Part shown: in pieces, positions 53,681 to 64,000 of the stretch
Numbering within the stretch: position 1 is the stretch's first letter
Layout of the letters: every line of letters starts with the position of its first letter
Program-made: the position numbers and the translations under genes
The notes under the pieces: model-generated
What the model saw: the letters and a program-made list of their open reading frames with translations, nothing else
What the model was told of the DNA's origin: nothing
Databases searched by the model: none
Assembly (NCBI RefSeq): GCF_018350175.1
Contig: NC_058368.1
Coordinates: forward strand, 88,662,001 to 88,726,000
Length of the DNA: 64,000 bases
Direction: 5' to 3'
From: Felis catus
Lineage: Eukaryota

Positions 53681-54689
53681 ATAAGTTTGCAATTACACCA
53701 TCACACTTCCATATATACAAGTTGAAAGTATAAGATCACTTGTTTCCCTTATTAGGAAAATGTTCCCAATTCCTCATTCTCTCCGACTCTCCTTCTCTTC
53801 CCATCTAGCTCCCTACCTCCCTTCCTTTCTCTCTTTCTTTTGACATTTCAACAAAAGGAATTAAATGCATGCAGTTGTTTGCACAGGTGATGAAAGAACT
53901 GAGAGGTTATGAGTCAAACCAGAGATGGATAACAGCAGGAAGCCCCTGCCATCACTAGTCTAGTGAGACTAGAAGGACAAATGAGGCAGTGGTGGTCCCA
54001 GAACTAGGGTTTCAGATCCCTAGCAAAACTAGAATCCTGGAAGGCTGATCTGGCAGGGGCCAGAGCCACAGCAGCGAGGAGGCAACTAATGGGAAAAAAA
54101 CACTATAGGGCATAGAGGGAGGGAAGTACTCTGTAAATTCCACTTCTTAATATCCTACTCTCATACCTTTGGGGGGTCAGAATTTGTCCCATCGACAACA
54201 ATTTCTTCTATTGTGTTTGCCTAACTGTGCTGGCAGCCTCAGGCTATCAGGGTTACCAGGGAGCTTTTGGGACATTGAAGGTGGGCTCTTGAGTGCCCTG
54301 GCTTCTGGGATGCCCAGGTTTTCCCCAAGTGTCATTGATATCCACAGATCTCAATGTGTTTGAGAGGTCTGCAGGGCCAAGCCCATGTGGAGGGTCCCAG
54401 GACTCACATAGTCAATGATGCACTCACTCTCTTTGTTGTCCCCTTGTAGCTTCCTCACTAATAGTTGGATGAATTCCCCAAAGGTGGTGGCCATGTAAAC
54501 ATCCTCATTTTCTAATTCCAGTCCATCACACATCTCCTTCATTTCCTCAACCAGTCTTGAGAAAAGAAGATGGAAAAGCAGGAGCATGGAAAGAGGCTTG
54601 GCAGACTTGCATCATTCTAGTGGCAGAAGTTATGGTGCCAAACATTTACCAGAAATAAACTTCATCTCAACAAACTGTGAGTGTTAATC

Positions 54690-54870
54690 TAGAACTGAGG
54701 TTAAGAGCCCAGTCCATGGATTCACAAGGCCCTAGTTTCAAGCTATGGTTCCACCACTTACTAATACGTGACCTTGGGCAAAGTGGAAAACTCTGAGCCT
54801 TAGTTTCTTCACCTGCAAAACTGCAATAATAGCTCCTCTACTATTTTCTGGTAAGTAAATGAGATAATCT
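54690..54870 (+). mobile_element. MIR-like SINE fragment
   Basis: ccaccacttacta...gtgaccttgggcaaagt...ctctgagccttagtttcttcacctgcaaaa core. Confidence 0.75.
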
Positions 54871-54940
54871 ACATGTTGCTAATAATCAATAGGATATTAA
54901 GAATAGTCACTGAAAAGTATGTTAAAAGAATGAAAAGGTT

Positions 54941-55140
54941 AGGACTCCTCAGCGGCTCTAGTGGTTAAGAGTCCAACTATTGATTTAGGCTCAGGTCATG
55001 ATCCCAGGGTCGTGGCAATGAGCCCCACACTGAGTTCTGCACTGAGCATGGAGCCTGCTTAAGATTCTCTGTCTGTTTCTCCGCCTCTGCCTCTCTCCCC
55101 CAATCTCTCATTCTCTCACTCTCTAAAAATAATAATAATG
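54941..55140 (+). mobile_element. Old CAN-SINE inserted in L1
   Basis: ggctcaggtcatgatcccagggtcgtgg body. TSD aaaagaatgaaaagg. Confidence 0.9.
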
Positions 55141-56540
55141 AAAAGAATGAAAAGGCAAAGCACAGATTGGGGGAAATATTTCCAAATAAAATATCTGATA
55201 AAGGACTTTCATTCAGAATATATAAAGATGTCTCAACTTTCAATACTAAGGAAAAAAAAAAACAATCAAAGTAAAAGTGGGCAAAAGATTGAAAAGATCC
55301 TTCACCAAAGAAGAAATGCAGATGAAAAAATAGCAGATGAAAATATGTTCAACGCCACAAGTTATTAGGGAAATTCAAATTAAAATGACAATGGGATATG
55401 TCTACACACTTACCAGAATATCTAAAATTAAAGTCTGACCATACGTATCAGTGGTAAAGATACAGAGCAACTGAGCTCTCATACACTGTTTGTGGGATTG
55501 TTTAAAATGGTACTTTGGAAACCATGCTGGAGAGAAGTTTGGCAGTTTCTTAAAAATTAAACATGTACTTCCCATGTCACTCTCAAATATTTACTCAAGA
55601 GAAATAAAAACCTACATACAGAAAGAAAATGGTAGAGTAGGAAGCTCTAAAGATCCATTCCTCCACCTAAACAGCTATTGAACTGGCAGAATTGTCTGAA
55701 TCAAATGTTCTGGAACTCTAGAGTCAGTCAAACATTTGCAACACCCAGGGAAGAATATGATGAAGAGGCTGGTAAATGTTAGCAAATTTCAGCATTTTGT
55801 GGGGTGTTAATCCTTATACTTCTGGTAGGAGGCAGTGGGGGAAGCTGAACTTGTTCCTGGTACAGCTTTCTGGAGCCAGGGTGGGCAGTAAGGACCTTCC
55901 CCTCCCTACATCTAGATTGTGTGTTCTTAGTGCCAATGCTCCTTTTGATCACTGAGGGGCCAGCACAAAGGCTGGAAGCCACAGTTTTAACCCTCAAAGG
56001 CTGAAGAAGCTCCCAGGGGATTTATAAGGCAGTACTTTCCCCCCTTCTTTTGGGATTCAGACACTTAAGAAAATCCTTTTTAGGCCACTGGCTGATCACA
56101 GAGATAAAAGAACATAAACTTCAATTACTGCATACAATGAGGAGTAGACACTTCACAAAAAAAAAAAAAAAAAAAAAAGAAAGAAAAAGAAGTTTGGAAA
56201 AGTCACAATGGATAAACCCAACCTTTCACAAGCAAGAACTAGCAATCACTGAGGGCTGAGAGGATTACATTTTTGGAATTACACAACACTCAAGATGTTG
56301 AGTTTTGAACAAAAAAATAGTAAAACATACAAAGAAGCAGGCAAATACAGTTGATTTGCAGAAAAAATAAAAGAATTTGGAAGTAATCATCCTCTAGGAA
56401 GACCAAATATTAGAATTATTTGTCAAAGATGTTAAATCAACCGTCTAAAAGATGTATAATGAATTTAAAGGAAACCCTGGACAAAGAACTAAAGGGAATG
56501 AGGAAAATGATGTAAGAAAAAGTGAGAATATCAATAAAGA
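55141..56540 (+). mobile_element. Ancient L1 fragments (ORF2 3' part followed by a 5'-region fragment)
   Basis: MKRQSTDWGKYF-type ORF2 motif. A-rich ORF1-like sequence ends abruptly at ~56540. Confidence 0.75.
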
Positions 56541-56998
56541 CTTATTCTGGACCCCTGCCAGGAGTTCTCTGAGGCCTGAGCTGGCGCCCCGTCCCTTCCA
56601 AGACATGGGACTGCTGCCTGCTCCAAGCTAACAGACCCTCCAGATTCAGCCCCAAGAGGATGAGCTCTGACCCCTCCTGTATCACCCCAGAGAGCACACC
56701 TGCATAAAGGGCCTCCAGGCTCACTCCCTGACTCCCTCTTGTCCTCCACTCTCTGCAGTGTGGACTCAGTTGTCCCCAAGGGATGGGACTCATCTCTCCT
56801 CTTGAGGTGACTGAGGAATGAGTGGAGCCTGTATGTCCAGAGCTGGCTGGGCCAGGCCCACCATCCCATCAAAGGTCAGGACATACACATTCCTCCCCTT
56901 CCCTATAGGAAGGGGTACCGGGGGCCGATGGGATGTGGGGGGGGGGGCTGGTGACTTGGGAGAGGTTGTAAGCCAGCATTCTTGTCCATTCTCTGAAT

Positions 56999-57097
56999 GG
57001 GATGAGCTCCATCTTCTTCAGCAAAGGTGAAAACTGCATTGCCATGGGTTGGCCCTTCATAGAGGACTTGATCCATGACCACTTTGTACACAAAGTG
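56999..57097 (+). pseudogene. ALDH1L1: Isolated ALDH1L1 exon (about human exon 19, catalytic Cys), inverted relative to the other exons
   Basis: 99 bp, GMSSIFFSKGENCIAMGWPFIEDLIHDHFVHKV, versus recalled human [33 protein letters not shown]. GT donor at 57098; acceptor mutated to AT. Confidence 0.92.
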
Positions 57098-58000
57098 GTA
57101 AATTGTGCTACAGAGCCCTCACTGGGAAGACTTGGTCTGCAGGGGTTTGGGGGCAGGGAGGCAGGGCTGGGCCAGCAGAAGTCGGGCACTGTTCATCTAA
57201 GCAAGGAAACCCTCAGGCAAAGCCATATCGTTTTTACTGGTTTATTATTATTTCAGCAAGAAATAGCAACCCTGCAGCTCACACTGACATAACCAAAAAG
57301 GGCCTGTGCTAAGGCAGGTCCCCAGCAGTGAAGCCTGAACCAGGAATTCGGGTGCATGTGGCTTACTAAGTGCGAATTCTCAGGTGAAGCCTGGGTGGTT
57401 GGAGAGCCCAGGAGAAGACAGAGACAGGACATGGTCTCAAGTGACATCCAGCCCTAGCCTGACCCACACATAGGATCTCTGGAGCAAGAAGGACAGCTCT
57501 TAGGTGTACCCCTGGGGTCAACGGGCCAGGCTTTCATCCTCTGTCAACAGTTGTTGGCTATGAGTGGCCATGGGCTAGAAGAGTTCTCCCTGGGACCTGG
57601 GACCATCAGGAGCCACTTCTCACAGCTGCTGTGGGATGGGTGCCCACAGGTAAAGAGGATGGGGCATGGTGCTGATAGCATAGAACCAGAGGGGAAGTCA
57701 CCCTGTGTCCACTGACTATGTTAGAAAAGTGTGTGGGGGAAGATTCTGGTTGGCATGATTGGGTCCCAGGTCCATCCCTGGTCCATTCAGTGATTGTGGG
57801 ACCCACAGGGCTCTGGTTGGCTCACCTTCACCAAAGAGTCCTTCCCCACATCCTGATCACAGTGGGTAAAAGAAGGGATGCTGGAACACAACCACTGTGC
57901 GCAGGTTTAAAGGAACTGTATTTACGAAGCCAGGAAAAAATGAGAGAGCAGGACTGAGACAAGGCAAGGCAGGTGTTAGGAAGGATTTCTGGAGAGAGTC

Positions 58001-58206
58001 TTTTTTTTTAGAGAGAGAGAGAGAGAGAGATAGAGCCTGCGCGGTTGAAAGGGGGAGGCACAGACAGAGGGAAAGAGAGAGAATCTCAAGCAGGCTCCAT
58101 GCTTTCAGTGCAAAGCCCAGCATGGGGCTCGATCCCACAAACAGCGAGATCACTACATGGTTCAAAATTAAAAGTCAGACGCTTAACCCACTGAGCCACC
58201 TGGAGT
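58001..58206 (-). mobile_element. CAN-SINE
   Basis: T tract, (GA)n, gagaatctcaagcaggctcc and gcttaacccactgagccacc. Confidence 0.9.
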
Positions 58207-58947
58207 CGGTCTTACCTAATGGGTAAAAATATGAAAGGCAGAGAGGAAAGGAGCAGACCTTCTAGAAGGGAGTGTAACAGCTTTTTCCATGTCACAAGCT
58301 ACTCTCCAAATGTAGTGGCTTGTGGTAAAAGCTGTTCGTGCAGTCACAGTCCTGTGGGTTGGCACCGTGGGCACCAGCCCAGGTTCACCTGAGGTTGGCT
58401 TGTGCATCTGTGGCCGGCAGGGGCACTGGTGGCTGCACTGGGAAGGCTCATCTTTGTCCTTGTGTTGCTTCCTCTCAGTGTGTGCTCAGGCACATGTGGG
58501 GCCGACGGCAGGATTCCCAAGAGTGAGAGCAGGAGTTGAGAGCCCTGCCAAAGCAAGTCACAGGCCAGCCCAGTTTCAGGGGGTAGGAAACCAGCTCCAC
58601 CCCAATGGGAAGTGCATACAGTGGTGTTCACTTGTATAACCCACTGTAGTTTGGGAGCTGGGCAGCCTGGCTAAGCAATTCTTTTGCTGTGACAAGCCCA
58701 GCACAGGAATAGTGGAATCTGGGGTATGGATGGAGAGTCATGATGGAGGGGGAAGCTCACTGAGCAGATGTGGTTATGGGGAGCACAACCCTTCTGTAGT
58801 CTGCAAGGAAGTCGTGAAACCCCCACAGGGTGAGTGCAGGTGTCAGAATCCCAGGATAACTGTCAGGATCGTCTCAGTTCTCAAATACAGCAAGGGAGAG
58901 GTGCACCCAGGACACGAGTTTTTGTAAACACTTTTGGACCTCTTTTT

Positions 58948-59184
58948 AAAAATTTTTTTTAAATGTTTGTTTATTTTGAGAGAGAGAGAGAGAGCGAGAG
59001 AGAGAGCGAGCGCTCATGAGGGGGGCAGGGCCAGAGAGGGAGGGAGATACAGAATGTGAAGCAGGCTCCAGGCACCAAGCCTTCAGCACAGAGCCCAACC
59101 TGGGGCTCAAACTCACACCTGTGAGATCAGATCGGACCTGAGCTGAAGTCAGACGCTTAACCTACTGAGCTACCCAGGCGCCCC
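58948..59184 (-). mobile_element. CAN-SINE
   Basis: Ends ctgagctacccaggcgcccc. TSD tttggacctctttt / tttgggcctctttt. Confidence 0.94.
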
Positions 59185-59377
59185 TTTGGGCCTCTTTTAA
59201 ATTGGTTACCTTGTCCCTGGTTATCCGGTGACTGTGGTGATGGATTATCTCTCCTACGCTTCCTCTGGTTCCTGATTTTCCCAGCGCTGTCTGACTTTTC
59301 CACTCCTTCCTGCTTGCATGTGTGGGTCTTCCTGAAGTGATGCAGTTGTGATCAAGTTGTCAAAGGGCCCAGCTGAC

Positions 59378-59435
59378 TAAAGTCAACAAAGGAAGGATTC
59401 TCGGGTAGTCTGTATCTCTTCCTTTGTTGACTTTA
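59378..59435. repeat. Perfect 18-bp inverted repeat with 22-nt spacer
   Basis: taaagtcaacaaaggaag (59378-59395) and cttcctttgttgacttta (59418-59435) are exact reverse complements. Confidence 0.95.
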
Positions 59436-60517
59436 ATTAGTGACTGATTTTGTCTGCTGTTTTATTTTATTCATTATTGGCTCTATATATTTTGTGTTAA
59501 TTTAACTTTTATGTTTTGATATTATAATGAACTCATGGTCCTTTGCAGATTCAACTTGTGAAGTGGTAACTATACTGTATTATTATTAGATGCTGAAGTT
59601 GTCACAGATCCACAGTGGTGGTCTGTTTACAATTTTGATCCTTTGCTATTTTAGTCTGTCCTCTGACACCTTTGAAAGCATCTTATTTTCTAGCAACACC
59701 AGAATGTTCCAGAGCCATCTTGATTTTTCCCCTGCCCTGAGTTATGGGATTTATTGTCCTCCAAGAGTCCTGTTCTCAGTATTAGAGATGAAAATCTGAG
59801 CACCAGAGATACATGGGGACACCACCACCGCCCCCCCCCCCCAGGTTAGGAGGAAGTCTTGTTGCTTTGGACTACTTTTAGAAGTGTCAGGCCCAGAAAA
59901 TACATTTTGTTTTAAGGTTAGAGTTCACAAGGACTTCCAGTGTTTTGATGTTATGTACCCAACTATCCTTGAAGTACATAGTGTCATGGGCAACTAAGGT
60001 GTTTCTCCCACATTGGCAGTCCTCAGCTCAGCACTGTCTCTCACCCCCAGAGGAGGGCAGCGGTAGTGTAACTGAAATCACAGAGCTGGAACATCATCAG
60101 TTATCTTTTGACGCATAACAAAGCACCGCCAAACCTAGGGACTTAAAAAGACAGTGATTTATCATTTCTCAATGTTCTGTGCATTACTGGGGTGTATCTT
60201 TGGCTTCACGAGGGTCATCTGGGGTCACTCAGGGACACTGATTCCTTTTAGTGGGGGAGGCAACAGAGTTGTCTTTTCAAAACACATACAGTCACTCTGA
60301 GGAAGAAGCATGTACTCCTTGCTCTACTTGTAAGACCCTACATGACCAGCCGCCTTGTCCTCCCTTCTTGTCATCCTCTTGTATCTACGTACCCCAGACG
60401 TGTTGGCTTCTTTGCCTTTCCTTCCTTGGAAGCACCAAGTTTGCCCTAACTCAGTGCCTCTGTACTCCCTGCTGTCTCTGCTTGCAGGGCTCCTCCCCTA
60501 GATCTTTGCACAATTGG

Positions 60518-60638
60518 CTTTTTTTTCAAGTTTTATTTATGTATTTTTTAGTAATCACTACACCTAGAATGGGGCTCAAACTTGCAACCCTGAGATCAAG
60601 AGCTGGATGCTTTTCTGGCTGAGCCAGCCAGGCACCCC
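60518..60638 (-). mobile_element. Short tRNA-derived carnivore SINE inside an L2-like fragment (~60300-60950)
   Basis: ggggctcaaacttgcaaccctgagatcaagag...ctgagccagccaggcacccc. Flanks show L2-like cctgagagcaggacc...gtgcctagaa...tatttgttgaat. Confidence 0.75.
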
Positions 60639-61690
60639 TGAACAGTTGGAATTTTTTTCTTTTTTATCACTTAGGGTTCATTAAAATGTCACCCTCTCTT
60701 CTAGGGCCTTCTTTGGTCTCCATCCATACCCTACCCTACACTTTCCCAGGATAGTCCCTGTCAATTCACAGTATTGAATTTATCTTGTTCACTTATTTGT
60801 TCTCTTGTTTATTTCTGCTCTGCGTCTAGAATACAAATTTCCTGAGAGCAGGACCTTTGTCTTGCTTTTCACTGTACTGGTGCCTAGAAAATGCCTCGCA
60901 TAAAAGGAAGAAGCAAAACATTATTTGTTGAATGGATGATGAATCATTTGTTCACCAAAGGAGGGGAGGGATGAATAGGTGGAGCATAGAGGATTTGTAG
61001 GGCAATGAGACTACTCTGCATGATATAATGATGGATACATGTCACTCCACATTTGTCCAAACCCACTGACTGTACAACAGAGGCATGGCCCCTACTGTAA
61101 ACTGGACTTGGGATGATCATGATGTGCCAGTGTGGGTTCAACATTGTAACATGCTCCTGTCTCGTGTGGGATGTTGGGGGCAGGGGTATATGGGCACTCT
61201 CTGTACATTCCTCTCAAAATCTCTGTGAACCTAAGACTGCTCTAAAAAATAAAGGTGTTTTTTCTTTTTTTTTTTTTAATAGTGCACATCCATTGGGAAG
61301 AAATCTGAACAATATAGACGTACATATAAAATCCAGAGGATTATATCCACACCTCCTGTACCCCAAGCCCTTTTTGTTTATATTTGCCCCTCCTGTGTTG
61401 ACTGGATGGGTGGCTGTGGTGCCTTTCTTGGGAAATATGAGATTGAGAGGCAGAATGGGGAAACTGGGAGCTCTGCGTTCGACCTAGGGTGCCTGAGTTG
61501 CCTCTCAGACCGATGAGTGGGAAGTTGGCTGTCCGTGTCTGGATTCCGGGGTAAGGGCCAAGCTGGGTGACAAGATTGGGAGGTAACTCATTGTTGTTAC
61601 TTCAGGCTATGGGACTGAAGACACAGCCTGTAGACAGAATACAAGTGAGGAGAGTCTAGAGTGTCAGCGTTAGAGATCAAAGGGAGAAGC

Positions 61691-62411
61691 TGTTGCATCC
61701 ACATGACTCCTGAAACAGAATGCTATGGGCACCAGTGACAGTCACAACAAAGTTTATTACAATGAGAGGCAAGGCTGACGGATTGGGACCAACACTCTTG
61801 ATAAGAGTGCGGCCCAGAACAGCCAAGGTACAGAGTTTTTATAGCGGATCACATCGTTTTATCATCACCTGGGAACAGAACAAAGAAACAGTTCCCAGAT
61901 GAGTTAGAAACAGTTGCCAGATGAGTTAGAAACAGTTGCCTAATGAGGTGTTTATTTTAGACTTTCTGCCTCTAAGTTGCAACCAGTGGATCTCTTTGAC
62001 CCTGCCTCTGATGCTCTTTTCTTTGAACTTTTGTTTCCTTAATTGGTGAAGCCTAATTTACAAGAGTATGAAGCGTAATTTACAAGAGTAAAGCAAGGCT
62101 GTTATCTTTTTTTTTTTTTCAAGTTTATTTATTTTTGGGACAGAGAGAGACAGAGCATGAACGGGGGAGGGGCATAGAGAGAGGGAGACACAGAATCGGA
62201 AACAGGCTCCAGGCTCTGAGCCATCAGCCCAGAGCCCGACGCGGGGCTCGAACTCACGGACCGCGAGATCATGACCTGGCTGAAGTCGGACGCTTAACCG
62301 ACTGTGCCACCTAGGCGCCCCAAGGCTGTTATCTTTTAACCTTAAGTGTCAACACAAAGCTGTTATTTTTCAAGCTAAGCGTTAGCCCTACATTACAATT
62401 TAACCCTTACA
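61691..62411 (-). mobile_element. 3' LTR of a gamma-type (class I) endogenous retrovirus
   Basis: The minus strand starts TGTAAGGGTT directly after the polypurine tract AAAAGGGGGAAA and ends GCAACA. TATAAAAA at ~61836-61843, AATAAA at 61753-61758, and tandem ccagatgagttagaaacagttg repeats in U3. Confidence 0.88.
62111..62320 (-). mobile_element. Young felid-type CAN-SINE inserted in the LTR
   Basis: CpG-rich, near consensus. Perfect TSD caaggctgttatctttt (62094-62110 / 62321-62337). Confidence 0.97.
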
Positions 62412-62444
62412 TTTCCCCCTTTTCTTGTCAGTGAATCAATCCCT

Positions 62445-63125
62445 TGATTCATCATTAGGAACTAAGGGGACATAATTGGACCTAATCATCATAATTTTTA
62501 TTTTACCAACTTGCCTCTTTTATTTTACCAACTATTAGCCTCATGGGCTAATAGTTAACCCGAGAAGTAACAACAGCAGTGGCCCAGCTATGGCGGTGAG
62601 CAGTGATGTGAGCCAGGGGGACCAAGAAGAGAATAAACTCTGATACCAATTATTGCTGGCCTCCCTGGCACATTCCCTGGTCCTAAGATTATCCCTGACC
62701 AAACTGAGAGTGTCTTGGATTACTCCGGAATTGTTGGCATAAAAATAGCATGTTTCCCTGAGGGACACGCAGAGGCCCCTTTCCTTCATGAAGAGTAAAT
62801 TAAGTCCTCTTCTGTTTTGTAATACAACCTCAGCTAAAGAGTCTACTTGGTGTTCTAGCCGAGAAATTGAAGTTTCCAAGTAGCCTAGGTCTCGTCTACT
62901 TGCTCACTTACAGTTTTGAAATTTTGGTCCCCCATGAGTCCCCCACCAAGTCGCATAAATCAAACAAAAAACAAGGCAGAGTGGAAGAGGTATTAGATGC
63001 TATCACCTTCCCTGTGACAGTGTCCCTGAATTCCATTGGTATGGCCAAAAACATAGGGGATGCAATTCCGTACAGTCCCCCACACTTATCATCATACAAA
63101 CCCAGACAATTATTATTATGCCCAC
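62445..63125 (-). pseudogene. env: ERV env remnant (SU N-terminus fused to TM), defective
   Basis: FLFDLCDLVGDSW (SU) is followed by SLAEVVLQNRRGLNLLF (immunosuppressive domain), CVSLRETCY (degenerate CX6CC) and the membrane anchor WLTSLLTAIAGPLLLLLLGLTI. Premature stop at 62541-62543. Confidence 0.92.
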
Positions 63126-64000
63126 ATCAGTCTTATCTTTAAAGATCCTCTGGGTGCCTTTGGACCTTCCATTGCCATTTGTTATCTGGATCTCTATCAG
63201 TCTGGGGTGTTGCCACCTTCAGGCAGTTTTTCTTAACCTGAGAGTGATAAATCCAGGTTTAGACACCATCTACCTTCACGGCCGTGGGCGTAGTCAGAAT
63301 CACAGTGTGTGGTCCTTTCTAGCACGGCTCCAGGGTTTTAGGCTCGTACCTCTTGACCTAGACTAAGTCTCCTGGTTGAAAGGCTGGGGAAGAACAGGAG
63401 GATGAGTGAAGGTTTCTTTCAAGGCCCTGGTTATTTCCTTTCATACATGTTGCAGGGCCATGAGTGAAGCCAGCAAGTGGTCCTGTTCCAACTGTTCCAT
63501 TACGTCGTCTCCTAGCCTCGGCAGGATAGGTGGAGGTCTGCCAAATAAAGTTTCAAAAGGGGAAAGAAAATCCCTTGACAAATGGAGGACAACGCGTTCA
63601 CAAAAGGGCAAAAGGCATGACCTCAACCCAATTTTCACTTGTCTCAAGGGACAATTTGATTAAGGTCTCTTTTAGGGTCTGATTCATCCTTTCTACTTGA
63701 CCTGAGCTCTGGGGTCTATATGTACAATGTAATCTCTAATATATTCCCAATGCCCGGGCTAGACCCTGGGACACCTGCACCGTGAAGTCCAGGCCATTGT
63801 CTGATCCTATGCTCAGAGGCAGCCCGAATCTAGGAATTATTTCATTTAATAATTTCTTAACTGTTGCCTGAGCCATTTCTGATTTAGTGGGGAACGCCTC
63901 GACCCACCCGGAGAAGGTGTCTACAAAAACAAGCTGGTATTTATATCCGTATTTCCCTGGTTTGATCTCAGTAAAATCTACTTCCCAAAAGTGACCTGGC
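63118..64000 (-). pseudogene. pol: ERV pol integrase domain (continues beyond window), defective
   Basis: [35 protein letters not shown]...[14 protein letters not shown]...[21 protein letters not shown] contains the DDE triad. Also SPFETLFGRPPP and GPHTVILTTPTAVKV. In-frame stops present. Confidence 0.96.

Larger units (their letters stand above)
41345..54555 (-). pseudogene. ALDH1L1: ALDH1L1 (10-formyltetrahydrofolate dehydrogenase) partial unprocessed pseudogene; seven consecutive exons (about human exons 10-16)
   Basis: Exons: 54555-54408 ([36 protein letters not shown]); 52816-52699 ([32 protein letters not shown], 2-bp deletion); 51371-51244 ([24 protein letters not shown], two stops, acceptor GG); 47498-47348 ([21 protein letters not shown]...FAGWCDKIQ); 46196-46127 (GSTIPINQAR...LTRKEPVG, 1-bp deletion); 43019-42919 ([30 protein letters not shown], 5-bp deletion); 41432-41345 (VTPLKDLKFTELTLKADILKAVVNILLGSG). 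All have GT donors. Confidence 0.95.

Overview
This window is mammalian genomic DNA, almost certainly from a cat-like carnivore, judged from its many CAN-SINEs with felid-type heads (GGGGCGCCTGGGTGGCTCAGTCGGTTAAGCG) and carnivore-type L1. Most entries in the ORF track are spurious, and no prokaryotic-type system is present. The window is a rearranged, duplication-rich mosaic with five parts. (1) 1-20574 is a head-to-tail ~12.2-kb tandem duplication. Each unit carries a disabled multi-exon RALGDS-like gene: an MFSCC N-terminus, REM-domain exons, and a Pro/Glu-rich last exon ending in a hydrophobic tail, with no CDC25 or RA domain. In copy 2 the last exon holds a 76-codon unit triplicated in frame inside a 336-codon open ORF. 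(2) ~20.6-28 kb is unassigned sequence with a GC-rich patch and an AT-rich palindromic tract. (3) 28-41 kb is a pile of nested L1s and SINEs, including one near full-length dead L1. (4) 41-57 kb is a decayed, scrambled ALDH1L1 copy: seven exons on the minus strand plus the catalytic-Cys exon inverted on the plus strand. (5) 61.7-64 kb is the 3' end of a gamma-type endogenous retrovirus (integrase, internally deleted env, LTR). No intact protein-coding gene can be supported. Homology calls come from recalled protein motifs and exon sizes, not database searches.
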